NCBI GenBank assembly: GCA_038087875.1
Contig: CM075998.1
Location: 6,078,001 to 6,142,000, forward strand
From: Malacoraja senta
Lineage: Eukaryota
Length of the DNA: 64,000 nucleotides
Direction: 5' to 3'
Below, in pieces: positions 25,638 through 39,400 of the stretch (positions are counted from its first letter, which is position 1; each line of letters starts with the position of its first letter). The position numbers and the translations under genes are program-made. The notes below the pieces were generated by a model. That model worked only from the letters and a program-made list of their open reading frames with translations, was not told the origin of the DNA and searched no databases.

Positions 25638-27394
25638 ACTTTCCTTTACTGCAGATGTGACTGGCAGAACCTGGAGAGAGCTAGTGAGAATGTGGAAGAA
25701 AAAAAACTGGAATGAATGCTTGATTAGTGTAAATGGATGGCTAATGGTGCAGACTCAGTGGGCCAAAGGGACCTGTATCCGTACTCGAAGGTAGACAAAA
25801 GTGCTGGAGAAACTCAGTGGGTGCAGCAGCATCTATGGAGCGAAGGAAATAGGCAACGTTTCGGGACGAAACCCTTCCGGGTTTCGGCCCGAAACGTTGC
25901 CTATTTCCTTCTGGGTTTCGTCCCGAAACGTTGCCTATTTCCTTTGCTCCATAGATGCTGCTGCACCCGCTGAGTTTCTCCAGCACTTTTGTCTACCTTC
26001 GATTTTCCAGCACCTGCAGTTCCTTCTGAAACACCGTATCCGTACTCTATGACCGCATGTTACTTTGAGTGGCCATGGGTTATGGATTGCCAAGTCAGTA
26101 AGGATATTATATTTCTTCAAGGAAGCTTTGAGCACATCCATGAAGCTTTTCCTCTGTCCGCCTGGCACGCTCTCCACACGGCAGAGCTGAGAATAGAGTG
26201 TCTGTTTCAGGACTTTGATGGGGGGGCTTGCGAACAACGTGGGCTGCTCAACGGAGCAACTGTAACCGGGGTCTCAATATTGGGGACGTTGACCTGGGAG
26301 AGGACTCCAACATTGGTCCCCGTGTCATTTTAATAGATTGTGTGAAGACAGCGTGTAGTGGTCTCTCTCCAGTGTCTTGCGATTCCTGCTGAGTCCCCTC
26401 GCCCCCTGTTCCTCGTGGAAACTATTACAACATCACCCCAGCAACGGACTGTTCCAGCTGCTACGGTCAGGCAAACGCCATGCTGTGAAAACGGAGAGGA
26501 TGAGAAGGAGTTTCTTCCCAGAGGCCATTAGGACTGTCTCACCAGGGACTAACTTTACTGAACCAATCTACTGTTGTGTGGTGTCATTTTAAAATTGCTG
26601 TTTTTCTCCTTTTTCTTCCCTCCCACAAATATGTAATATGTGAATATGTGTTTCTGTTCCATTCTGTTTGCACAATCCGCGAGCATTGCCACTTTTCATT
26701 TCACTGCACATCTCGTATGTGTATGTGACGAATAAACTTGACTTGATGACAAGGTTCCTTAAAGGTCAGCAGCCCTGGTGCCGAGTAGGTCGTTGCACAT
26801 TTGAGACGTTGCACGAGTAGCATTCAGAGACTGGACCTTTGCTCTAGAGAAAGACGTTCCAATCCCACCATGGCAGCTATGGGAAGTTACCGCAGGAAGC
26901 ATCAGGAGCAGCATTGTTTCCCTTGGGTGGAAACAATACTAAGCCTTGGTCGGTCCGCACTGTTGTACCAAGGTGGGCATTTGGAACTGTGATCATATAT
27001 GGTTCATCCATTCATCCACACCAGATGAATTAGCATGGATGAGCCGTGCAACACCATTCTAAAGATCCACAAGCAGAACTAATACACTTTCCAAACAGAG
27101 GTGGGAGTGGGAAAGAAGACAACTAATCTACCCAGCAGTCACTCTTTATCAGTGCAAGTCTGAACAATGCTTGTGTATTATTTACAAATGGTATTCTTCA
27201 ATATTGTGACAGCTCATCTGTGCCAATTACATGCATATTTGTTTTGCATTAGCAGTATTTGTGGTTGAAACCCAATAGGCAGGAACCCAGTTTGATTTAG
27301 GAGTCATTGTGTGACTGCACTGTTACAGCATTGCTCTCCTGTGGTGCTATGCTGCAACAATGACTAACATTTATTTAACGCCTTCCCTCTGAGA

Positions 27395-28190
27395 CACCTA
27401 AGAAATAGGAGTAACCCACACAGTCCTTTGTACCTATTCCACCATTCAACCATCATTTACCTCCATGCCAATTTCCTGCACTAGCCCTATGTCCTGCGAT
27501 TCCCTCAATATCCAGAACATTCATCTCTGTCTTGAATATATTCAACATATGAGCCTCCTTTACCCTCTTGGGTGGAGCATTCCAAAGGTTCACAACCTTC
27601 TGGGAGAAGAATTTTCTTATCATTTCAGACCTGGCTGACCCTTTATTTTGAATCTTGGCAACCAACTAGGGGAAGCATCATCCTTGCACTTAGTCTGTAA
27701 GAATTTTGAGCATTTCAGTGAGAGTACCTCGCAATCTTTTAAGCTCCAGGGGTGCAGGTTCAGTCTGCTGAACCTCTCCCAATACTAGAAATGCCCCATT
27801 TCAGGAATAAATCTGGTGAATATTTGCTGCACTTTCTCTATTGCAAGTATAACTCCCCTTAGGTGGGGATTCTTGACCAGTATACAATGCCCCAGATACG
27901 TACTCGCCAGAGTCTTATATAATTAGAGCAAGCCATCTCTACTCTGAAATTCTTTTAATAAAGGCCTATGTACCAATTGCCTTCTTAATTGCTTGATGTA
28001 CTGGTATGTTAATTTTCAGTGAGTCATTCACAATGGATATACAGATCCCTGTGAACCACAACCGTTCAAATACTCATGGTATTTAAAAAATATTCCACCT
28101 ATTTTTATAACAAACAGGATAGCTGCATATTTTCTACATTTCATTCCATTTGTCTTGCATTCTTTCCCATACACCTAACCTGTCTAGTTT
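27395..28190 (-). mobile_element. Old CR1 3' fragment
   Basis: FFSQKVVNLWN motif (ORF 27453-27665); degraded RT C-terminus. Confidence 0.75.
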
Positions 28191-28959
28191 TCAGTTTGAA
28201 GAAGGGTTCCGACCCAAAATGTCACCTATTCCTTTTCTCCTGTGATGCTGCCTGACCCGCTGAGATACTCTAGAATTTAGTGTCTATCTTGAGCTGCTGT
28301 ACTTGGTCACATTCTCAAAACCTGTGCGGACCAACTGCCTGTAGTTTTTGCGGAAAACCTAAACCTCTCATTACTGAGGTCTGAGATATCCACCCGTTTT
28401 CAGAGGGTATCAATAATACCGGTGCCCAAGAAGAGTAAGGTGACTAATGACCCATGGCACTATTGTCCATGGTGATAAGGTGCTTTGACAGACTGGTTAT
28501 GGCGGACATCAATTTGTAGAAACATAGGTACAGGAGTAGGCCATTCGGCTGATCATCTAAAATCAGTACCCTGTTCCTGCTTTTTCCCCATATCTTTTGA
28601 TTCCTTTAGCCCTAAGAGCTAAATCTAACTCTCTCTTGAAGACATCCAGTGAATTGGCCACCACTGCCTTCTATTACAGAGAATTCCACAGATTGCAAAC
28701 GTTTTTTCCTCATCTCAGTCTTGCAGTTGGATAGAATCCTCTGGCACGACCACTCCCTGAGGTTGCCAATGGATTTCACTGCCCACCCCTGAACATACTG
28801 TGTACTTGGGGATGCACTAATCAAACTTGAAGCGTTAACTGTGTTTCTCTCTTCATAGATGCCACCCGATCTGCTGAGTGTTTCAGGTTTCCAGGGTTTA
28901 CAGTATATTGATTTTGAACCTATCAAACATGGGTCTTCCTGCGTTTGTGTAGCACAAGA

Positions 28960-30905
28960 TACTTCCACTCAGTGCACTCAATATAATCTCTGACTACTTC
29001 CAGCTCCATAGGCGCTGCAGACAGGGCTGCAGCCTTTCTCCATACTTATTTGATTTGGCATTAGAACCACTTGCTATAGCTCTTAGGACAGAAGATGGTA
29101 TCAGAGGTATCTTTCGAAGTGGTAAATTTCACAAAGTATCGCTGTATGCGGACGACCTGCTGGTATATATATCCAACCCAACTGACTCCATACCAAAGCT
29201 CCTGCATATATTAGAGAATTTTGGCCGCCTGTCAGGTTATAAGATAAATTACTCAAAGAGCTTGCTTTTCCCAATCAATCACACTGACGGCGACTACTCC
29301 AGCTTCCCATTTAAACTTGAGAAAAATGTATTTACTTACCTGGGAATTAAAGTCACCTATACCATGGGAGGTTTACACAGCCATAACTTTAAATCATTAT
29401 TAGAACAAACAACACAGGACTTCAAAAAATGGTCAACACTCCCACTCTCATTAGTAGGCCGCATCAATATAGTGAAAATGACTGTTTTACCTAGATTTCT
29501 TTATCTTTTTCAAATGATCCCCATATTCATACCTAGGACAACTTTTCAGCAATTAGATAGACTAATCTCATCATTTATTTGGAACAATTCAAATCCCAGG
29601 ATGAAGAAAATATACTTGGAAGTTCCTAAGAATGCGGGTGGTCTAGGTTTGCCTAACTTTATCTATTACTACTGGGCTGCAAATATTGTAAAACTTTTAC
29701 ATTGGACATATTCACATGAGAGTAAACAGGGCACAGACTGGGCACAGATGGAACTCCTATCTGATCCTCTACCGATAATCACCTGCTCATTACCTTATAA
29801 TCGTAAAATACAAATGACAAACCCGGTGGTTAAAACCTCGCTTAAAATATGGCTACAGTTCAGGAAACATTTTGGACTAAAAGGTACCAGCAGGCTTTTC
29901 GCGGTGGCAAATAATCAATTTTTTACATCCTCCATGTTAGATACAGCGTTTTCATATTGGCATAGGAATGGACTGGTATATTTTTGTGACTTGTTTACTG
30001 ATGGAACATTCACTTCCTTTGAAACACTTGCTGAAGACAACATTATACCCAGATCTCATTTCTTCAGGTATCTTCAAATACGTAGCTTTGCTAAAACAGT
30101 GTTTCCCTCATTTCCTCATCTGTCCACGAAGAGCCAATTAGACACTATTTCTGGAGTTGGACCCCTTTGACAAGAAACGTGTTTCAGCAATTTACACATT
30201 AATACAGGAATTTAAGACAGATAACCTGGGACAAAACTAAAGCGGCATGGGAGAGGGACCTGGGTGTAGAGCTTTTTGGTGAGGTGTGGCGAGAGCTTAA
30301 TTCGTATACACACCTCTTCGCTGTGTATACGCCATGGGTTGATCCAATTTAAAGTGCTCCACCGTCTTCATTGACAAACTTGCCAGAATCTTTTCTACCA
30401 CAGATCCTGGCTGCCCTAGATGTGGCCATAGCCCAGCCACTGTAGGACACATGTTTTGGACATGTCCCTCTCTCAACAGCTACTGGGGAAACATAATTTG
30501 AGGTATTCTCCCAAAGGAGGTGCTCTCCTTTTTACCCTTGGAAAAGATCAGGTATAAACGGTGCAAGGCCCACAGAAACTTTGCTCTGACCTGGAACCCT
30601 TTTATAGATTTTATTAAAGATTTTATCCTTTAACTGAAAATATTATCGACACAGTCATAATCATTTCTTTATATTTGTATGTTGCTGTTGTTAACATGTA
30701 ACATTTGAACACAAAGACTCTGCCTTTTTTTTGATTTTTTAAATTATTATTTTTTTTTCTCTTTCTCTTTTTGGAGCCTTGGGGATGGGGAGTGGGGTAT
30801 ATAAGTTTTGTACTGTTCTGTACTGTTTGTTGGTGTTCTGTGTAAATTTGTGTTTATAACTTGAAAACCAAAAATAAAGTTACATATATATATTTTTTTA
30901 AAAGA
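28960..30905 (+). mobile_element. 5'-truncated L1-clade LINE (RT C-terminal half)
   Basis: ORF 29055-30170 with LYADD, SGYKIN, YLGI, GRINIVKM and GGLGLPN; C-terminal CPRC...HMFW.C; AATAAA and A-rich end near 30900. Confidence 0.9.
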
Positions 30906-31869
30906 GCTGTCATTGTTAATGCAAAACCAAATGCATTGAATGTGTTAAAGGTTCCCTGGCATTGAATAAGGTAGGACATAATCCAATCTAAAAAGGTCTA
31001 CCTTCTTGGAAGGTTTCCCAACCTTCAATTATTTATGAGCAGCTTGATTTAGTTCCTGCTAATGGAATTACTGCAAAAGAATGGCTCACTCCTCGATTCA
31101 CCTTTATGTGAGAAGCAGTCATGAGCAAATGCCTGTTTTGTTTCGAAAGAAGGTCCCAGAAGTTGTCTGGACCCCACCAAATGATGCTGGGTTAATTGTG
31201 CTACTGTGGATGGGTGGGTCTAAGATTGAATGTATCCTGCATTTTACTGGATGGATTGATACTTTTGATTTCTTTGTCAGGATGAGGGAAACAGAAAAGG
31301 AGACATCTCCCACCAACCCAAACACAGGAAAACTTAAGGACCTTTCCTGTCCATTAACTGGCGACAGCCTGATTTTACAACACTTGGAGGCTACTACACT
31401 GTCTGTTAAATCCACTGGGATGCCCTGAAATGCAAACATTTCCTTTCCAAGGTCATCAGCTGCAGCCCATTGATCTGAAAAGTGCTGCCTCTGGCACCCC
31501 AGTGTGGAGTCACATGCTGAAGGCTTGTGGAATTTAAACCCATCACCTTATGAATCTGACAAGAGGGCAGATGGTGAGCACAGTGGGTGGTCCAGAGAGA
31601 AAGTAGAAGAGTAGATCAATATTGGTCTCCTGAAGAAACACAGATCTTAGTAGTCCAAATTCCCTTCAAAGCTTGAGCTCCAACATCCTGAACTGTCGTA
31701 ATCAGTCTTCCACAGTAAATTCTCAATGCAGTTTTCTGCTAGGCCTTGAGCTATGCTTCTTCACAGGGGGTAACTAAGGAGCTGCAATAGCAGTGAGGCC
31801 ACTGTAAATCAGAATGAGCAGAAGCCCTGACTAGTAACTGGTGTAGGTACATGGTGTATATACATTCTG

Positions 31870-32577
31870 CTAGAGCAAGGGCAGGACCTACACAGTGAAT
31901 GATAGGCCTCTGGGGAGTGTTGTAGAGCAGAGGGATCTAGGAGTACAGGTGCATGGTTCCTTGAAGGTGGAGTCGCAGGTAGATAAGGTGGTCAATATGG
32001 CTTTTGGCACATTTGCCTTCATCAATCAGAGTATTGAGTATAGAAGTTGGTAGGTAATGTTGCAGTTGTATAAGAATGAATGAATAAGTTTATTGGCCAA
32101 GGATTCACATACAAGGAATTTGCCTTGGTGCTCCGCCCACAAGACATTGGTGAGACTGCATTTAGACATTTAGAGTATTGTGTTCAGTTCTAGGCACCAT
32201 GTTATAGGAAAGATATTGTCAAGCTTGAAAGGGTTCAGAGAAGATTTACGAGGATGTTGCCAGGACTAGAGGGTCTGAGGCTGAAGCAGAGGTTGAGTAG
32301 GCTGGGTCTCTATTCCTTGGAGCGCAGGAGGATGAGGGGTGATCTGAAAGAGGTGTATAAAATTATGAGAGGAATATATCGGTAGATGCATAGGATCTCT
32401 TGCCCAGAGTAGGGGAATCGAGGACCAGAGAACATAGGTTCAAGGTGAAAAGATTTAACAGGAATCTAAGGGGTAACCTTTTCACACAAAGGGTGGTGGG
32501 TGTATGGAACAAGCTACATGGATAGGACAGGTTTGGAGTGATATGGACTAAGCACAGGCAAGTGGGACTAGTGTAGC
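31870..32577 (+). mobile_element. CR1 3' fragment
   Basis: GAGTATTGTGTTCAGTTCT and TTTACGAGGATGTTGCCAGG CR1 hallmarks. Confidence 0.8.
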
Positions 32578-33245
32578 TGTCAATTCTTCCCTTCCCTCCC
32601 ATACCACCCCCTCCCCTGGTACTTTCCCTTGCAACTGCAAGAGATGCAACACTTGTCCCTTCACCTCCCCCCTCTACTCCATTCAAGGACCCAAGCAGTC
32701 GTTCCAGGTGCGACAGAGGTTCACCTGCATCTCCTCCAACCTCATCTATTGCATCCGCTGCTCTAGATGCCAGCTGATCTACATCGGTGAGACCAAGCGG
32801 AGGCTTGGCGATCGTTTCGCCGAACACCTCCGGTCGGTCCGCAATAGCCAACCTGACCTCCCGGTGGCTCAGCACTTCAACTCCCCCTCCCATTCCGTAT
32901 CTGACCTCTCTGTCCTGGGTCTCCTCCATGGCCACAGCGAGCAACACCGGAAATTGGAGGAAATGCACCTCATATTCCGCTTGGGCAGTCTACATCCTGG
33001 GGGCTTGAACATTGAATTCTCCCAACTCTGCTAGCCCTTGCTGTCCCCTCCCCTTCATCAGCCATCTGGTTGTCTCCTCCCCTCCCCCAGCACTCGGGCT
33101 CCTCCTCCGCCTTTTTCCTTTTTTCCTTTCTTCTCCCCACCCCCTATCAGTCTGAAGAAGGGTTTCGGCCCGAAACGTTACCTATTTCCTTCGCTCCATA
33201 GATGCTGCTGCACCCGCTGAGTTTCTCCAGCATTTTTGTCTACCT
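32578..33245 (+). mobile_element. Penelope-like GIY-YIG 3' fragment
   Basis: ORF 32708-33034; terminal repeat with hammerhead core at 33152-33179. Confidence 0.9.
33152..33180 (+). ncRNA. Minimal hammerhead ribozyme motif in a Penelope terminal repeat (representative copy)
   Basis: CTGAAGA-A-GGG(TTTCGG)CCC-GAAA-CGTT: CUGANGA and GAAA cores, short stem II, palindromic ACGT stem III. Confidence 0.7.
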
Positions 33246-33519
33246 TGGAAGTGGAAAGAGCGGTTTCGGAGTGATAGTGGGGGGGTAGACGCTGCAGCTG
33301 TAAGAAATATAAAGGTGTGATCACATGGACTAAGGGGGGGGGGTAGTGAATGAGTGTGGGAGGAACGATGATTACAAGAAGAAAGAGGGGCAAAGATTAT
33401 CATAGGCGGGAGAGCATGGAAGGAAGAGAATGAGATAAGGATTGTGGGGAAAAGAAACGATATATAGTGGAAAGAGAGACGATTATGGGGTAGGGCGAGA
33501 CAATTGTGAAGGTGGAGGT

Positions 33520-33840
33520 TCGGCAATGGATTCCGTGAAGCCGGCACTTTCCCGAAGCCCAGACGTGCAGCAAGCAATGGCTTCTTCCAGCACTACATAA
33601 ACTGTTGGTGTACCGACGTAACAAATAAAGCCATGGTTTGGCAAGTTTAACATGAAAGTGTGGAGGCGCCGCGCCATTTTCCCCGAGGCGGGCCGAGCGC
33701 TGCCCGATGCCACTGCGCATGCCCACTGTGCCGCCGCGCCATTTCCCCACCTTGCTGTCCGGCCGGCGGCGAGAGCACGGCGACCCTGCGCCGACAGACG
33801 TCCGTCACACACACACACACACACACACACGGCGCTGCAG
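33520..33840. promoter_or_regulatory. CpG-rich promoter-like island
   Basis: CpG-dense and not repeated elsewhere in the window; two YY1-like CGCCATTT sites (about 33671 and 33737); NRF1-like TGCGCATGC (about 33714); ETS-like CACTTTCCCG/TTCCG. Confidence 0.6.
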
Positions 33841-34224
33841 GTGCTGCTATCTCAAGTGAATAATGTGTTCCTTAATCGTCAATCATCTCTCCATGTTTAG
33901 GAGGGGGGGGTAATTCTCCTCACGGCGTGGTGCTTGGTCAGTGTGTGGAGAGATGGGGCACGCCACGTCTGGGGCAATGTGGACATGAGGCGGCTGATGG
34001 ATGCCACCGTGTGAGGCAGAACCACACGAGTCGGGGTTCATTCTCCACCGTGCCACAAGCCTACCCTGTTCCCGGCTCCCTTCTTCATTCCTCCTTTCCT
34101 TCGACTGCCGATCTAACTTGTCGGTTGCGCGGGTTATTTACAAAAAATCCAAGATGTGATCATTGTGATAAAATCAGACAACGTCTGCAAAAGTCCAGTC
34201 ATAACCAAACATGATAGAAGGCTG

Positions 34225-34737
34225 GTACACAAAAATGCTGGAGAAACTCAGCGGGTGCAGCAGCATCTATGGAGCGAAGGAAATAGGCAACGTTTCGGGC
34301 CGAAACCCTTCTTCAGACTGATAGGGGGTGGGGAGAAGAAAGGAAAAAAGGAAAAAGGCGGAGGAGGAGCCCGAGGGCTGGGGGAGGGGAGGAGACAACC
34401 AGATGGCTGATGAAGGGGAGGGGACAGCAAGGGCTAGCAGAATTGGGAGAATTCAATGTTCAAGCCCCCAGGATGTAGACTGCCCAAGCGGAATATGAGG
34501 TGCATTTCCTCCAATTTACGGTGTTGCTCGCTGTGGCCATGGAGGAGACCCAGGACAGAGAGGTCAGATACGGAATGGGAGGGGGAGTTGAAGTGCTGAG
34601 CCACCGGGAGGTCAAGTTGGTTATTGCGGACCGACCGGAGGTGTTCGGCGAAACGATCGCCAAGCCTCCGCTTGGTCTCACCGATGTAGATCAGCTGGCA
34701 TGTAGAGCAGCGGATGCAATAGATGAGGTTGGAGGAG
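34225..34737 (-). mobile_element. Penelope-like GIY-YIG 3' fragment
   Basis: ORF 34434-34868, near-identical to the 20871 copy. Confidence 0.9.
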
Positions 34738-35477
34738 AAGGCTGCTCTAGTATCTTTGATCGCAACCATTGTCACAAAATCATGCAGTCGTCTCACAGTT
34801 GCGGATAACCATCTGTGGTTGACAGGATTAAAGCATGCAGCAAATGTACTTATGTGCCAAATCATCATTGCAGTATTATCGTGTTAAACACAAGTCTGTT
34901 AATTCTCACATTTGATCCATTTCGATGTAGCAGGGGGGCGCGGGCAGGCAAGGGGTACTGTGGTGTTCATTAGGCTTTGACTAATGCACTCTCCACACCT
35001 CCTCTCCACCCCCAACCCCGACCATGCCCCTGCTCCCAGAGTCTATTGTGATTCGGGGACTCCGATTCCCACCTGTCCACTTGCCGACATTGCTAGGTAA
35101 CCTGCTGCTTTCGGCATTGTCTTGCCTTGATAATGTGCCTTTGATGTGAGACCATATCCCCAGGTCATTTGCAGTCACTTCAGAAAGTGAGGGGTGAGAG
35201 AAAGGGAAGCCTTTGTAATGCACACAATGCAAATAGGTCTGTTGACGACACCGTGTCAACCAACAGAAACAGGATGGGAAGTATGAGTAGACTCATAGCA
35301 AATTGCCCATTGTACAGAAAAGAAAGTAAATGTAGTCGCATTTTGGGAGTCAATTGCAAGAGTAAAGATTTGAATAATAAACCAATACCAAAGAGTGGAA
35401 GAAACAAACTCATAGTAGAGGCTACAGTAACTTCTCCCAATAAAAGCAGGGCAATTTCCCCAGTCAAATGCAGTGAG

Positions 35478-36481
35478 TGAAGATAGACACAAAAAGCTGG
35501 CGTAACTCAGCGGGACAGGCAGCATCTCTGGAGGGAAGGATTGGGTGATGTTTCGGGTCGAGAACATACTTCGGACTGGCCAGGGATAAGGGAAACGAGA
35601 GATATAGACGATGGTGTGGAGAGATAAAGAACAATGACAAAGATATGCAAAAAAGTAATGATGATAAAGGAAATAGGCCATTGTTAGCTGTTTGTTGGGT
35701 GAAAACGAGAATCTGTTGTGACCAAAGGGTTGTGACTTGGGTGGGGGAGGGATAGAGAGAGAGGGAATGCTGGGGCTTCCTGAAGTGAGAGAAATCAGTA
35801 ATCGTACCACTGGGGTGTAAGCTGCCCAAGCAAAATATGAGATTCCGTTCCTCCAATTTGCGATTAGCCTCACTCTGACAGTGGAGGAGACCTAGGACAG
35901 AAAAGTCAGTGGAGGAATGGGAAGGAGAATTAAAGTGTCCAGCAACCGGGAGATCAGGTTGGTTCACGCGGGCTGAGCGAAGGTGTTCAGCGAAATGATC
36001 GCCCAGTCTACGATTGGTCTCGCTGATGTATAAGAGTCCACATCTTGAACAAGGGATACAGTAGATGGGGTTGGAGGAGGTGCAAGTGAACCTCTGCCTA
36101 ACCTGAAAGGACTGTCGAGGTCCCTGGACAGAGTCGAGGAAGGAGGTATAGGGACAGGTGTTGCATCTTCTGCGGTTGCAGGGGAAGGTACCTGGGAAGG
36201 GGGTGGTTTGGGTGGGAAGGGATGAGTTAACTAGGAGGGAACGGTCTCTGCGGAAGGCAGAAAGGGGTGGAGAGGGAAAATATGGCCAGTGGTGGGATTC
36301 CGTTGGAGGTGGCGGAAATCTCAGAGGATTATGTGTTGTATGCGACGCCTGATGGGGTGGAAGGTAAGGATTAGGGGGACTCTGTTTCTGTTGCGTCTAG
36401 GTGGAGGGGGAGCAAGGGCAGAGTTGCAGGGTACCGAGGAGACACGAGTGAGGGCCTCATCTGTGATGGGAGAGAGGAACC
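35478..36481 (-). mobile_element. Penelope-like element of a second subfamily; continues briefly after 40174
   Basis: PDLPVAGHFN...; terminal repeat 35478-35580; split by the 36482-40174 insertion. Confidence 0.85.
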
Positions 36482-39400
36482 CAGGGCTCTCGCTTAACTT
36501 TTTTTCCCTGTTGCCAGCCGGGCAACCTTGGCAGCTTTTTAGGTTGCCAAATGACAGTTTAGGTGGTCATTTAAGATGGCTTGCATGACGCGTGCGATAA
36601 TGTGCTCGGACGAAGTGCGTAGTTACCAGTCGGAATTATACTCAATGAAGCATTCACATATTATTTCTGCTTCAAATAAAGTCACAAACTAAACATATTC
36701 ACCAATCAAGACATGCTATATCCCACAATGACATGCAGCAAAATTATAAGACAGTATCTCAACTCTTTTTACACATTGCAATGAATGCAATTTCTATTAG
36801 TTCTTTCCACTTCCAAACAAAAATGTGGTCGGATTATTCAGCGTATGATCAACCTGTGTCAATAAATCCTGGACCATGGTAACATATATGTGTACGTATA
36901 GTTGTGAATGTTGCTCATTAAATAACTACAGTACTGATACTCCATATTAAGAGCATTAATTTGCCGTTAAAATGAATTCTGTAATAACGTGTCAACGGCA
37001 GCAGTGACAATCGAACACTGCGGTTTTAATGTTTCACGTGTTCACAATTTAATTAATCCATCTTTATGGATTAAAACAAATAATAACATTGGGAATTAAA
37101 ACACATTTGATTGCATTCCGTTATCAAACATAGTCAATGTTCGCTCTGAAGACATTTCCAGCACAATAGGGTCAGGGAGGGGTGTGTGTGAATCAGTGCG
37201 GGGTGGATAGATGGCGGGGGTGGGGGGGGGGGGGGGGGGTTAGAAGGCAGTCGGTGCAGAATGGATGAATTGAGGCAGGTGAATTAGTACGTGTTGGTTG
37301 GAGTAGGTAAAATTGTGAGTGGAGAGCACCGGGGATGTCAGTGGTGTTGAATGGGGGCAGGGCTCGAAATTAGCGGTTGCCCGGGTGCCACTGACCACTC
37401 AAAGCGCCGCCGGGCAACCTAAACACCGAGTCATTTTGCCCGGCTTGGCAACCAGATACTGGTTTGTACCGAAGATAGAACACAAAAAACTGGAGTAACT
37501 CCGCGGGTCAGGCAGCATCTCTGGAGAAATGGAACGCGACGTTACGTGTCAGCGGCGGCTGTGGGGGGCAAAGATACTAGGTGCGGGGTGAGGAAGGGTC
37601 GGAGCGAATGACGGGACCCGCACAGCGGCAGCAGCGGCCGCGAACAGCAGCTTCATCTCCTCCCGCCCCCCGCCCGCCCTGATAAGGGCCTCTGCTTGTA
37701 AACCCGCTAACGGCGCAAAACAAACCCTCCCGCACTCCGAGGCCGGGAGGAAGGAGGGAGGGGGAGGCCTCGGAGTGCGGGAGGGTTTGTTTTGAAAGCG
37801 GTTATCGCTGTTAGCGGGTTTACAAGTCGCTAACAGCGACTGGTAACTGGCTTTGAGTGGTCAGTGGCACCCGGGCAACTGCTAATTTCGAGCCCTGCCC
37901 CCATTCAACACCACTGACATCCCCGGTGCTCTCCACTCACAATTTTACCTACTCCAACCAACACGTACTAATTCACCTGCCTCAATCCATCCATTCTGCA
38001 CCGACTGCCTTCTAACCCCCCCCCCCCCCACCCCACCCCCGCCATCTATCCACCCCGCACTGATTCACACACACCCCCCTCCCTGACCCTATTGTGCTGG
38101 AAATGTCTTCAGAGCGAACATTGCCTATGTTTGATAACGGAATGCAATCAAATGTGTTTTAATTCCCAATGTTATTATTTGTTTTAATCCATAAAGATGG
38201 ATTCATTAAATTGTGAACACGTGAAACATTAAAACCGCAGTGTTCGATTGTCACTGCTGCCGTTAACACGTTATTACAGAATTCATTTTAATGGCAAATC
38301 ATTGCTCTTAATATGGAGTATCAGTACTGTAGTTATTTAATGAGCAACATTCACAACTATATGTACACATATATGTTACCATGGTCCAGGATTTATTGAC
38401 ACAGGTTGATCATACGCTGAATAATCCAACCACATTTTTGTTTGGAAGTGGAAAGAACTAATAGAATTTGCATTCATTGCAATGTGTAAAAAGAGTTGAG
38501 ATGCTGTCTTATAATTTTGCTGCATGTCATTGTGGGATATATCATGTCTTGATTGGTGAATATGTTTAGTTTGTGACTTTATTTGAAGCAGAAATAATAT
38601 GTGAATGCTTCATTGAGTATAATTCCGACTGGTAACTACGCACTTCGTCCGAGCACATTATCGCACGCGTCATGCAAGCCTGTCTCAAATGACCACCTAA
38701 ACTGTCATTTGGCAACCTAAAAAGCTGCCAAGGTTGCCCGGCTGGCAACAGGGGAAAAAAGTTAAGCGAGAACCCTTGGGGTTCAGTACGGGATGGATGG
38801 GGGTAGACAAAAGTGCTGGAGAAACTCAGCGGGTGAGGCAGCATCTATGGAGCGAAGGAAATAGGCAACGTTTCGGGTCGAGACCCTTCTTCAGACTTCC
38901 CCCCATTCTTGAATGGGAGGATCAGTACAGGATGGATGGGGGGGGTGGTCAGTACAGTGTGGATCGGAGGGTCTGTGCAGGATGAATGGGGGATCACTAC
39001 AGGATGAATGAGGGGAAGGTGCAGGGTAAATGGAGGGTGGGTCAGTACGGGATGAATGCGTGGATTAGTACAGGATGGATGGGGGATTCGTACAGGATGG
39101 ATGGGGGATCAGTACAGGATGGATGGAGGAGAAGTGCAGGATGGATGGAAAGGGGTAAGTACAGGGTGAATTGGGGAACCAGTGTATGATGGATGGGGGG
39201 GGGGGGTGGCAGGAGAATCAATGCGAGGTGGATAGGGTGATCAGCGCAGGATGAATAGATGGGGGGGGGGGGTAGATGGGGAGGGGAGCATAGGGGATGT
39301 CAGTGAGGACTGAATAGAGGCGGGAATGGGGATCAGTGCGGGATGGAATGGAGGGGTCCCAGGATAAGGGGGTGGAGGGGGTGTACGAGAGAGAGAGGGA

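Noticed and set aside
33400..33900. Overlapping ORFs over the CpG island
   Set aside because: Expected from high GC content; no recognisable domains.
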